Part shown: one piece after another, positions 18,361 to 26,276 of the stretch
Numbering within the stretch: position 1 is the stretch's first letter
Layout of the letters: each line of letters begins with the position of its first letter
Notes under the pieces: generated by a model
Databases searched by the model: none
What the model was told of the DNA's origin: nothing
The model's input: the letters and a program-made list of their open reading frames with translations, nothing else
DNA from: Desulfomicrobium sp.
GTDB taxonomy: Bacteria > Desulfobacterota > Desulfovibrionia > Desulfovibrionales > Desulfomicrobiaceae
Direction of reading: 5' to 3'
DNA: 64,000 nt
NCBI GenBank assembly: GCA_040768745.1
Contig: JAXGMI010000001.1
Span: 608,001 to 672,000, forward strand
Program-made: the position numbers and the translations under genes

Positions 18361-18429
18361 ACAAATTACATGTATTTAGTTGTATATATAACAGGGGGTG
18401 AACAAATTACATGTATTTAGTTGTATATA
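18348..18429 (+). repeat. Perfect 41-bp tandem duplication
   Basis: TAACAGGGGGTGAACAAATTACATGTATTTAGTTGTATATA at 18348-18388 and 18389-18429. Confidence 0.95.
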
Positions 18430-18465
18430 TTTAACTGCCTTTAATTAAAAAGTTTTATTTAGAAT

Positions 18466-19578
18466 ATGGGGTTTAATATGCTAGTTTGCAATTCGATAGA
18501 CACTATATGCTTTACGATTAACCTTGACCGTTCAACTCAAATGTACCTTTTGAGCTGGCAGCTTCGGCATAATCTGATTCCAAAAGGCATCTTTCCTACG
18601 GATTGTGGCATTCCCCGTTACAAGTGGGGCCTGGAACATGACGGGATCAGGATCTATTATTCTGATTCCGAGGATCTGAAGCCAAATTGCTATATACGCT
18701 TTTCCTCCGAGTATATTCAACGTGTCGGCTATCATCGCGCATACGCTCGCTGTTGCGGGCTGCTAAAGTCCTTCGGTGTTCATCGCCCCGGTCGAGGTCT
18801 CAAACTCTCTCAGATTGATTTGGCGTTTGACTTTCAGTCAGATCTATCCCTGTATTTGGATAATCCAAAGTATCATGTTACAACACGCCTTCAGAATACT
18901 GTATCACGCCATGAGGCAGACAATCTTGTGTGGCGTCTTTGGGGTGTCGGTGCCTCCCGTGGTTACAAGGTTCGTTGTTACGATAAGTTGCAAGAGTCCC
19001 ATTCTGTTGCTGGTAAAGAATACTGGCATCAGATCTGGATAAATCAGGGCTTCACCCTTGATGCCCCGGTTTGGCGCGTCGAATACGAAATGCACCGTGA
19101 TTTCCTGAAGGAATGGAAAATTGAACGTTTGAGTCATTTTCTGAATTCTCAACTGTCGATTCAGAAGCGTCTTTTTGACCTTTGGTCCATCAAGAATCGT
19201 GATAAAAGTAACGTTAATCGTTGTTCTCATGTTCCCGAATTTCAATATCTGATCGAGCATTTCTGCCGACCTTTCCAAGAACACGAAGTTGATCGCCGTC
19301 CTGAATCCTATGAAAAGGCCGCTGACCAACAGTTAGTTAAAGCTGTTAATGCCCTTGTTTCAGCGGTCGTTAACAAAGCCGCTGCATTCTTCGCTCGAAA
19401 AAAAGAGTGTAAAAACATGGAATTGTATATTCGTCAGCGTCTAGGAGCCTTTAACGGTCTTGTTCGGGATTCAGTTTTGGGGAGTCCCACAGAATTTCTT
19501 TTGGCTGTAACCGCCCTGCTTCAAAAGAAGGGGTTCTACTACACGCCGGCCCATGAGTATTTGGAGGTAGCAGCATGA
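18466..19578 (+). CDS. Rolling-circle replication initiator (Rep_trans-like)
   Basis: SIDTICF, LSQIDLAFD, VRCYDK (candidate catalytic Tyr) and VWRVEYEM motifs. Confidence 0.8.
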   Translation: MGFNMLVCNSIDTICFTINLDRSTQMYLLSWQLRHNLIPKGIFPTDCGIPRYKWGLEHDGIRIYYSDSEDLKPNCYIRFSSEYIQRVGYHRAYARCCGLLKSFGVHRPGRGLKLSQIDLAFDFQSDLSLYLDNPKYHVTTRLQNTVSRHEADNLVWRLWGVGASRGYKVRCYDKLQESHSVAGKEYWHQIWINQGFTLDAPVWRVEYEMHRDFLKEWKIERLSHFLNSQLSIQKRLFDLWSIKNRDKSNVNRCSHVPEFQYLIEHFCRPFQEHEVDRRPESYEKAADQQLVKAVNALVSAVVNKAAAFFARKKECKNMELYIRQRLGAFNGLVRDSVLGSPTEFLLAVTALLQKKGFYYTPAHEYLEVAA

Positions 19579-19796
19579 TTCACGTCATCGAACGAAACGA
19601 GCAATTCGGCATTCAGATCTACCGAACGAACAGCGTGAACGACGCTTCGACCTTCATTCTTGAGGGCGGCTTCCCAGAGGCCAACGACGCGGTTCAAGAC
19701 ATGGAGGCTGCTTATTTTGATGATCTGTCAGCAGATATTTACGTGGTGATCGATAGCCGAGGGGACCTGTATGACTACGAAGTCATGTCTTTTTGA
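19575..19796 (+). CDS. Prophage hypothetical acidic protein, 73 aa
   Basis: ATGA overlap with rep; GGAGG RBS. Confidence 0.6.
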   Translation: MIHVIERNEQFGIQIYRTNSVNDASTFILEGGFPEANDAVQDMEAAYFDDLSADIYVVIDSRGDLYDYEVMSF

Positions 19797-20145
19797 TCTT
19801 GGGGCCCGCCTCGATCGAAAACAGGTCCAGGCACTGCTTGGCATTTCAGAGGATACCCTGTTAGCTGATCCTGTACGATTCGGCGGTGTCTGGCTAGGTC
19901 CTCGAAAGCTGGTGTTCTTTGAAAAACTCATATCCGAAGCGATTAGGGAACTCTATGCCAATCAAAAAGATCAGAAAAAACGGGTTATCGTGGATAGGGC
20001 GGGTGATGCTCCCGAATGGGAAGCGAGTAGAGAAGGCGTTTCCGACGAAGCCGGAGGCGATGAAATGGGAGTCCATCCAGCGGTCCGCGCTTTCGCACAT
20101 GAAAACGGGCCTCACCTGTGGCAAGTGGTTGAACAGAAGAATTGA
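19771..20145 (+). CDS. Putative excisionase-like HTH protein overlapping the integrase
   Basis: LGARLDRKQVQALLGISEDTL...FGGVWLGPRKLVFFE winged-HTH-like pattern, adjacent to int. Confidence 0.55.
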   Translation: MTTKSCLFDLGARLDRKQVQALLGISEDTLLADPVRFGGVWLGPRKLVFFEKLISEAIRELYANQKDQKKRVIVDRAGDAPEWEASREGVSDEAGGDEMGVHPAVRAFAHENGPHLWQVVEQKN

Positions 20146-20986
20146 TGAATACAAAGCCCGTGGCCTTGTTTCGATCGGAGACAAGACGCGGACGTTCTCC
20201 CGGTTCTTCAAGGACGTTGACGAGCATTTGCCCGTTGCGATGGTCACGCCGGAACATGCTTTACGGCATCTTTCAAGGGTGGCCAAAGAGGTATCCGGAG
20301 ACAGGGCGAACAGATCCAAGCGTCACCTGACAGAAGCGTGGTCCTGGGGAGTTCGTTTCCTCGGCCTCCCGTCGTTCAATCCATTCGCTCAAGTCCCTGA
20401 TTATCCCACTCAGTCCAAAGATCTTGTAGTTCCTAAGGAAGACTATTTTTGGGCTGTTGTTGAACAGGCACAAGATCAGCAGGAGAAAACGGCCGTTCTC
20501 TTCTTGTATTATACGGCGTGTCGTCGTGGGGAGCTGTTGCGGCTTCAATGGTCAGAAATAGACTTTGATCGTGAAGCTGTCCGGCTTTCGTGCAGAAAGG
20601 GTCGTAATGCCTCATGGTTTTCAGCGTGGGTGCGAATCCCAGACGAATTGATTCAGGAACTCAAGCGCTGGAAGCTGCAAGCAGGGCCCGGGCCTCAGGT
20701 TTTTCGCCTGCCTCGTGCATTCCACTTTATTCAAGTCCTCTGCCAACGTGCGGGTGTCCCGCAGTTTGGCTTTCATTCCATCCGGCATCTTGTGGCTGTG
20801 CAGCTGTACCGGGCAGGGCACACCGTAGCCGAGATTCAAACACTTCTTCGCCATCGGTCCCCTCAGACCACTGAAATCTATCTTCGGTCCCTCGGGGTGT
20901 TCCAAACCTCTGAAGCGGTCGTTGAGTCGCTCGGGGTGGCGCGTCGGGTGGCGCGGGAAAAAAGAAAGGTTCCGTCGAGCTGCTAA
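19955..20986 (+). CDS. int: Tyrosine recombinase/integrase
   Basis: TACRRGEL (R), FHSIRH (HxxR), LLRH and TTEIY (Y) catalytic motifs; short basic N-terminal arm-binding-like region; abuts att. Confidence 0.93.
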   Translation: MPIKKIRKNGLSWIGRVMLPNGKRVEKAFPTKPEAMKWESIQRSALSHMKTGLTCGKWLNRRIDEYKARGLVSIGDKTRTFSRFFKDVDEHLPVAMVTPEHALRHLSRVAKEVSGDRANRSKRHLTEAWSWGVRFLGLPSFNPFAQVPDYPTQSKDLVVPKEDYFWAVVEQAQDQQEKTAVLFLYYTACRRGELLRLQWSEIDFDREAVRLSCRKGRNASWFSAWVRIPDELIQELKRWKLQAGPGPQVFRLPRAFHFIQVLCQRAGVPQFGFHSIRHLVAVQLYRAGHTVAEIQTLLRHRSPQTTEIYLRSLGVFQTSEAVVESLGVARRVAREKRKVPSSC

Positions 20987-20991
20987 CTACT

Positions 20992-21055
20992 CGGAACCTT
21001 TTTTGAATCTGGTGCCCCCACCATGACTCGAACATGGGCAAACCAGGATTAGGAA
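20992..21055. repeat. Prophage att repeat, right copy (overlaps the intact tRNA 3' half)
   Basis: 64 bp identical to 12079-12142. Confidence 0.95.
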
Positions 21056-21087
21056 TCCTGTGCTCTATCCACCTGAGCTATGGGGGC
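21010..21087 (-). tRNA. tRNA-Arg (anticodon CCT)
   Basis: GCCCCCA-TAGCTCAGGTGGATAGAGC-A-CAGGA-TTCCTAA-TCCTG-GTTTGC-CCATG-TTCGAGT-CATGG-TGGGGGC-ACCA folds as a cloverleaf with encoded CCA. Confidence 0.96.
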
Positions 21088-21346
21088 ACACCCGTTGTGG
21101 AGCAAATTTCCTAGGCGAGGCGTGTTCTAAAATCAAGCACAAATCCTCCGGAGGCAGCCGTTTCTCCCGCCAGGACGTACGGGGAAGACTTGCAGAGCAG
21201 ACAGGATCCCTGCCGGATTTTCTGCCTCTTTGCCGACTAGACGGGGCATGAACGCGTTGAACATCCATGCCGCATGGTGTATTTTTGATTCATTGCGCCA
21301 ATCTCATTTCACGGCGGCCTCCAACCGAACCCGACAGGTACTCTTC

Positions 21347-22720
21347 ATGGACACATTTATGGCGGCCTCAGGGCCTGGGAAGGACTCCTACGCGCCGACG
21401 ATCTTCGATTTCGCCATGGCCGGAGGCAAGTTTGTCAGCCTGACAAGCGATGCAGGCTTTGTGGAACTGATCAAGGCCGTCCTCTACCAGGTCCTGGGCC
21501 TGTCCAAAAAATCCTTTGTCCAGTTGAGCAGACTTGAAGACATATATCACCTGCTGCGCAAGGACAGCGAAGGCAGATACGTCATCTGTCTGGAACGCAC
21601 GGCAGCAGGGGTGAACATGGCCCAGGTCATGGAAGGCATCGTGCATATCTGCCCAGGGGCCAAAATTATCGTCCTGACCCAGGAAGTGGACAAATTCTCC
21701 ACAGCCCTGCTGGTGGAACACGGCGCCCACAATATCATCACCAAGCCCATCTCCATCGCCTCGTTCACCGAGAAACTGGCTTTCACCATCGCCCCCCAGG
21801 GCAAGCTGAGCCGCCTCATCGAAAAGGGGAAGAAATTCCTGGACGCTGGAAACTGGGGCGACGCGTTGATGGTGGCCGAGGAAATTCTGGAGCAGAAGCA
21901 CGACAGTGCCGCAGGCTTCATGATCAAGGGCGACGCTTACAAGGGCCTGGAACAGGTCGGCAGGGCCGAAGAGATGTATCTGCGGGCCATCAACAGTGCG
22001 GAATTGTATATCACCCCCCTCAAGCGACTGGCGGAACTCTACGAACAGTCCGGGGACAGGGACAAGCAATTGATCTTCTTGCGCAGACTCAATGAAATCA
22101 GCCCCCTCAATACCCAGCGCATCCTGCAGATCGGGGAACTGGAAATCTCCCGAGGCAATGCAGGCCGGGCCGAGGAAATTTTTGATCAGGCCCTCGACAT
22201 TGCCCAGCGCGAGGCAGCAGGCATGATCTCCGCCTTGTCCTCCCGCATCGCGGACATCTGCGTGAACCTCAACCCCGACCTGGCCGCCCGCTATTCCAAG
22301 AAGGCCCTGGACATGAAAGGGGGTGAGATTTCCGCGGCGGACATCGCCACCGTCAATGTGCTGGGCATTTCCCTGCGCAAGCAGGGTAAGTGGCGGGAGG
22401 CCATCGCCGAATACAGCCGCGTCCTGGCCGTGGTGCCCCATCATGCCGGCCTCTTGTACAACATGGCTCTGGCCTACAGCGAGGGCCGCGAGTCGGCCAA
22501 GGCCCTGGAGATGGTCCGCAGGGCCCTGGAATGCGACCCGAACCTGCCCGCCTCGGGCAAGAACGTGGCCTTCAACATCGGCACCATTTTCCAGAAGGGC
22601 GGCCAGAACGGCACGCCCTATTTCAAGAAGGCCTATGAGCAGGATCCCAATGACCAACGGTTTTGGGAGGCCTTGAAACGCTCCCAGACCATGCACCCGG
22701 GGCAGGACCAGAATCCGTGA
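21347..22720 (+). CDS. Receiver-like domain plus tetratricopeptide repeat protein
   Basis: Degenerate REC (GAHNIITKP) followed by TPRs (NVLGISLRKQGKWREAIAEY, LYNMALAY). Confidence 0.8.
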   Translation: MDTFMAASGPGKDSYAPTIFDFAMAGGKFVSLTSDAGFVELIKAVLYQVLGLSKKSFVQLSRLEDIYHLLRKDSEGRYVICLERTAAGVNMAQVMEGIVHICPGAKIIVLTQEVDKFSTALLVEHGAHNIITKPISIASFTEKLAFTIAPQGKLSRLIEKGKKFLDAGNWGDALMVAEEILEQKHDSAAGFMIKGDAYKGLEQVGRAEEMYLRAINSAELYITPLKRLAELYEQSGDRDKQLIFLRRLNEISPLNTQRILQIGELEISRGNAGRAEEIFDQALDIAQREAAGMISALSSRIADICVNLNPDLAARYSKKALDMKGGEISAADIATVNVLGISLRKQGKWREAIAEYSRVLAVVPHHAGLLYNMALAYSEGRESAKALEMVRRALECDPNLPASGKNVAFNIGTIFQKGGQNGTPYFKKAYEQDPNDQRFWEALKRSQTMHPGQDQNP

Positions 22721-22754
22721 CCCTTTTCCCATTATCATCCCATAAGGAGCAGAC

Positions 22755-24395
22755 ATGGCCATGCATCCCCTTGCCGGCAAACCCGTACCCGAATCCCTGC
22801 GCATCAACGTACCGCGCCTTGTCTCAGACTATTACACGGCACTTCCCGACCCGGACCGGCCCGATCAGGCAGTGGCCTTCGGCACGTCCGGACATCGCGG
22901 TTCTGCCTTCAAAACCTCGTTCAACGAAGCCCACATCCTGGCCATCACCCAGGCCGTATGCGAGTACCGCCAGGACAAAGGCATCGACGGACCGCTTTTC
23001 GTGGGCAAGGACTCCCACGCCCTTTCAGAACCGGCCATGCGCACCGTCCTGGAGGTATTGGCCGCCAACAACGTTCAGTGCCGGTTCCAGAAGGGGTTCG
23101 GACTGACGCCGACACCGGTCATTTCCCACGCCGTGCTGACCTACAACCGTGGCAGGAACGCCGGTCTCGCCGACGGGATGGTCATCACTCCCTCCCACAA
23201 CCCACCTGAGGACGGGGGCATCAAATACAACCCTCCTCATGGCGGTCCTGCAGAAACCGGGGTCACGGCCTGGATCGAGAAACGGGCCAATGCCCTGCTG
23301 TCCGATCCGCGATCCATCGCGCGCGTCCCGTTCAGAAAGGCCCTGCGCGAAAACCTCTGCCAGGAGTACGACTATGTGAGGCCCTATGTGGACGACCTGG
23401 TTCACGCCATCGACATGGAGTCCATCGCCCGTTCCGGCATCGCCATCGGGGTGGATCCCCTGGGCGGGGCCTGCATCGAGTTCTGGAATCCCATTGCCGA
23501 GCGCTACGGATTGGACATCCGGGTGGTCAGCACATCCCTGGATCCGGCCTTCATGTTCATGAGCCTGGACAAGGACGGCAAAATCCGCATGGATTGCTCC
23601 TCGTCCTCGGCCATGGCCAAACTCATCTCCATGAAGGACTCCTTTTCCATCGCCTTTGCCAATGACCCGGACGCGGACCGCCACGGCATCGTGACCAAGC
23701 ATGGGCTCATGAATCCCAACCACTACCTGTCCGTGGCCATCGACTATCTCCTCCAGCACAGGCCCGGGTGGAATGCCACCTCTCAGGTCGGCAAGACCCT
23801 CGTCACCAGTTCCATGGTGGACCGGGTGGTCCAGTCCCATGGCCGACAGGTGCGGGAAGTGCCCGTGGGATTCAAATGGTTTGTGGATGACCTGCTGGCC
23901 GGAACCTGCTGCTTCGGTGGGGAGGAAAGCGCAGGGGCGTCGTTCCTGCGCCGCGACGGCGGGGTCTGGACCACGGACAAAGACGGAATCCTTTTGAATC
24001 TCCTGGCCGCCGAGATCACGGCCGTGACGGGCAGGGATCCGGGCGACATCTACAGGAGTCTGGAAGCCCGCCATGGCAGCCCCCTGTATGAACGGCTGCA
24101 GGCCCCGGCCAACATGGCCCAGAAAAAACTGCTCGCAAGCCTGAAACCCGAACAGGTCTCCTCGGCAAACCTGGCTGGCGAGCCCATCCTGGCCAAAATA
24201 ACCCATGCCCCGGGCAACGGTGCCGCCATTGGCGGACTGAAGGTCGTCACTGCCAACGGCTGGTTCGCTGCTCGCCCCTCAGGCACTGAAGACATGTACA
24301 AGATCTACGTGGAAAGCTTTCTGGGCCGCGAGCACCTGGAACGGATCAAGACCGAGGCTCAGGCCATGGTCGACGGAGTCCTGGCCAAGGCCTGA
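22755..24395 (+). CDS. pgm: Phosphoglucomutase
   Basis: FGTSGHRGS, ITPSHNPP, DPDADRHG and GGEESAG motifs. Confidence 0.96.
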   Translation: MAMHPLAGKPVPESLRINVPRLVSDYYTALPDPDRPDQAVAFGTSGHRGSAFKTSFNEAHILAITQAVCEYRQDKGIDGPLFVGKDSHALSEPAMRTVLEVLAANNVQCRFQKGFGLTPTPVISHAVLTYNRGRNAGLADGMVITPSHNPPEDGGIKYNPPHGGPAETGVTAWIEKRANALLSDPRSIARVPFRKALRENLCQEYDYVRPYVDDLVHAIDMESIARSGIAIGVDPLGGACIEFWNPIAERYGLDIRVVSTSLDPAFMFMSLDKDGKIRMDCSSSSAMAKLISMKDSFSIAFANDPDADRHGIVTKHGLMNPNHYLSVAIDYLLQHRPGWNATSQVGKTLVTSSMVDRVVQSHGRQVREVPVGFKWFVDDLLAGTCCFGGEESAGASFLRRDGGVWTTDKDGILLNLLAAEITAVTGRDPGDIYRSLEARHGSPLYERLQAPANMAQKKLLASLKPEQVSSANLAGEPILAKITHAPGNGAAIGGLKVVTANGWFAARPSGTEDMYKIYVESFLGREHLERIKTEAQAMVDGVLAKA

Positions 24396-24781
24396 ACCCC
24401 CCGGCCTCGGCTTTGGCATGGTCGCATGCGGCCAGCGCGCGATGACGGGGTTTCCCTTGTTCTGGCAGGGAAGCCCCGTCTGTGGCCGGATCCCCCACGC
24501 CGCTCATGTCCCTCGTGTTCGGTACAACCCTTGCGCAACGCATATTGCAAAAGCAATAAAAATTGCAGCCAGCATCCTGAGCGAATCAGGGCGTTTCGGG
24601 GCTGGCTCCCTTTTTTGTCAAAATTTGTTGCAAGATTTTCTTCGCCCCTGCGATGCGAACGGGCGCAGCGGCTCACCACCTCTTCCCGCTGCAATCCGCT
24701 GTACATATCTAATATATTGAAATTAAATAACTAATTATTTTTTTCGGGCAGCTGTTCTGAGCCCGCCCGACTTGCCCCCCT

Positions 24782-24797
24782 TGGCACGATCCTTTCA
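24782..24797 (+). promoter_or_regulatory. Possible sigma-54 promoter (variant -12)
   Basis: TGGCACGATCCTTTCA upstream of the CBS/ACT gene; the -12 GC is TC; AT-rich tract upstream; an NtrC-type regulator lies in the same cluster. Confidence 0.45.
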
Positions 24798-24841
24798 AGA
24801 CAGACCGGCAACCAGCACACCAACATCAAGCAGGTGCAACC

Positions 24842-25495
24842 ATGTTTGTCGGTCTCAAGATGCTCAAAAATTTCATTGCAATGCCTCCGGACGCCCTGGC
24901 CGAAGATGCCCTGCGGCTCATGGAAGAACAGCTCTCCCAGATGCTCTTCGTGCTCAGGGAGGGGAAACTCGTGGGCTATGTCCGGCTGGAGGACATCAAG
25001 GCCGCCATGCCGTCGCTCATGACCGGGCTGGACAAGCACGAGATCAACTACCTCCTTTCCAAGCTGACCGTGGACCGGATCATGCGCAAGGACATCACCC
25101 CCATCCCGCCCGAGACCGAAATCGAATCAGCGGCCATGCTCATGCATGACAAGCATTTGGCCGGCTTGGCCGTGGTCAATCCCAACGGGGACCTCATCGG
25201 GTATATCAACCGTACGGTCATGCTCGCGGTGCTGGCAGAGGAAATGGGCTTCGGGCAAGGCGGTTCCCGCATCGTGTTCGAGGTCGAAGACCGCCCCGGA
25301 GTCCTCAAGGAAGTGGCCGGAATCATCGACGCACTGGGTTACTCCATCATCTCCACCGGCACCTTCACCCACAAAACCCGGCGCATGGTGGTCATCCGCG
25401 TGGACACGCCCAACCCTTCCTCCATCGCCGCGGCCCTGCAAAAGACCGGATACGATGTGGTCGGTCCCGAGGACTTCAAGCATGAATGGCAGTAG
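24842..25495 (+). CDS. CBS + ACT domain protein (AcuB-like)
   Basis: Two CBS repeats, then EVEDRPGVLKEVAGII (ACT). Confidence 0.85.
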   Translation: MFVGLKMLKNFIAMPPDALAEDALRLMEEQLSQMLFVLREGKLVGYVRLEDIKAAMPSLMTGLDKHEINYLLSKLTVDRIMRKDITPIPPETEIESAAMLMHDKHLAGLAVVNPNGDLIGYINRTVMLAVLAEEMGFGQGGSRIVFEVEDRPGVLKEVAGIIDALGYSIISTGTFTHKTRRMVVIRVDTPNPSSIAAALQKTGYDVVGPEDFKHEWQ

Positions 25496-26276
25496 TCCAC
25501 TGCTGGAAGTCAGGGACGTGACCCTGAATTTCAAGAACGTGTCCGCCCTGTCCCGGGTGTCCTGCACCGTGGCCAAAGGCAGCATCACCTCCCTCATCGG
25601 CCCCAACGGGGCCGGCAAGACCAGCATGCTAAACTGCATCTCCGGACGCTACACCCCGACCAAAGGCTCCATCAGCATGAGAGGGCAGGAACTGGGTGGA
25701 GTGCCGGCCCACAGGCGCACCAAGCTCGGCCTGGCCCGGACCTTCCAGAACATCGCCCTGTTCCGCGGCCTGTCGGTTTTGGACAATCTCATGGTCGGCC
25801 GCCACTCCCGCCTCAGCTATGGCCTGCTGTCCTCCATCTTCTACCTGGGCAAGGCCAGGGCCGAGGAGGATCGGCACCGCTTGCGGGTGGAGGAGATCAT
25901 CGACTTTCTGAACCTCTCTCCGTACCGGCACCAGACAGCCGGGCACCTCCCCTATGGTGTGCAGAAAAAAGTGGAGCTGGGACGGGCCCTGGCCGCCGAG
26001 CCGGAGCTGCTGCTGCTGGACGAGCCCATGGCGGGCATGAACCTCGAAGAAACCGAGGACATGGCCCGCTTCATCCTGGACATCAACGAGGAGTGGGGGG
26101 TGACCGTGTTTCTGGTTGAACATGACATGGGCGTGGTCATGGACCTGTCCCACCATGTCATTGTCCTGGATTTCGGCCGGGTCCTGGCCACTGGCACGCC
26201 GGAGGCCATCCAATCCAATCCCAAAGTCATCAGCGCCTACCTCGGCGACGACGACAGCCTCTTCAAGGGGAGATGA
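25482..26276 (+). CDS. LivG-like ABC ATP-binding protein
   Basis: GPNGAGKTS, ARTFQNIALF, LPYGVQKKVELGRAL and LLLDEP motifs. Confidence 0.9.
   Translation: MNGSSPLLEVRDVTLNFKNVSALSRVSCTVAKGSITSLIGPNGAGKTSMLNCISGRYTPTKGSISMRGQELGGVPAHRRTKLGLARTFQNIALFRGLSVLDNLMVGRHSRLSYGLLSSIFYLGKARAEEDRHRLRVEEIIDFLNLSPYRHQTAGHLPYGVQKKVELGRALAAEPELLLLDEPMAGMNLEETEDMARFILDINEEWGVTVFLVEHDMGVVMDLSHHVIVLDFGRVLATGTPEAIQSNPKVISAYLGDDDSLFKGR

Larger units (their letters stand above)
12079..21055. mobile_element. Integrated filamentous (inovirus-like) prophage, ~8.9 kb
   Basis: att repeats at a tRNA; visibly lower GC and T-rich coding strand; pVIII-like coat, pIII/pVI-like proteins, Zot/pI ATPase, RCR initiator, tyrosine integrase and XRE repressor. 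Confidence 0.93.

Noticed and set aside
18348..18429. 41-bp repeats as a mini CRISPR array
   Set aside because: The two copies are directly adjacent with no spacer and there are no cas genes; an origin context explains them better.
12079..21055. ICE/IME, or dif/XerCD-integrated element
   Set aside because: No conjugation genes or dif-like site seen; coat and morphogenesis genes, its own integrase and a tRNA att are present.
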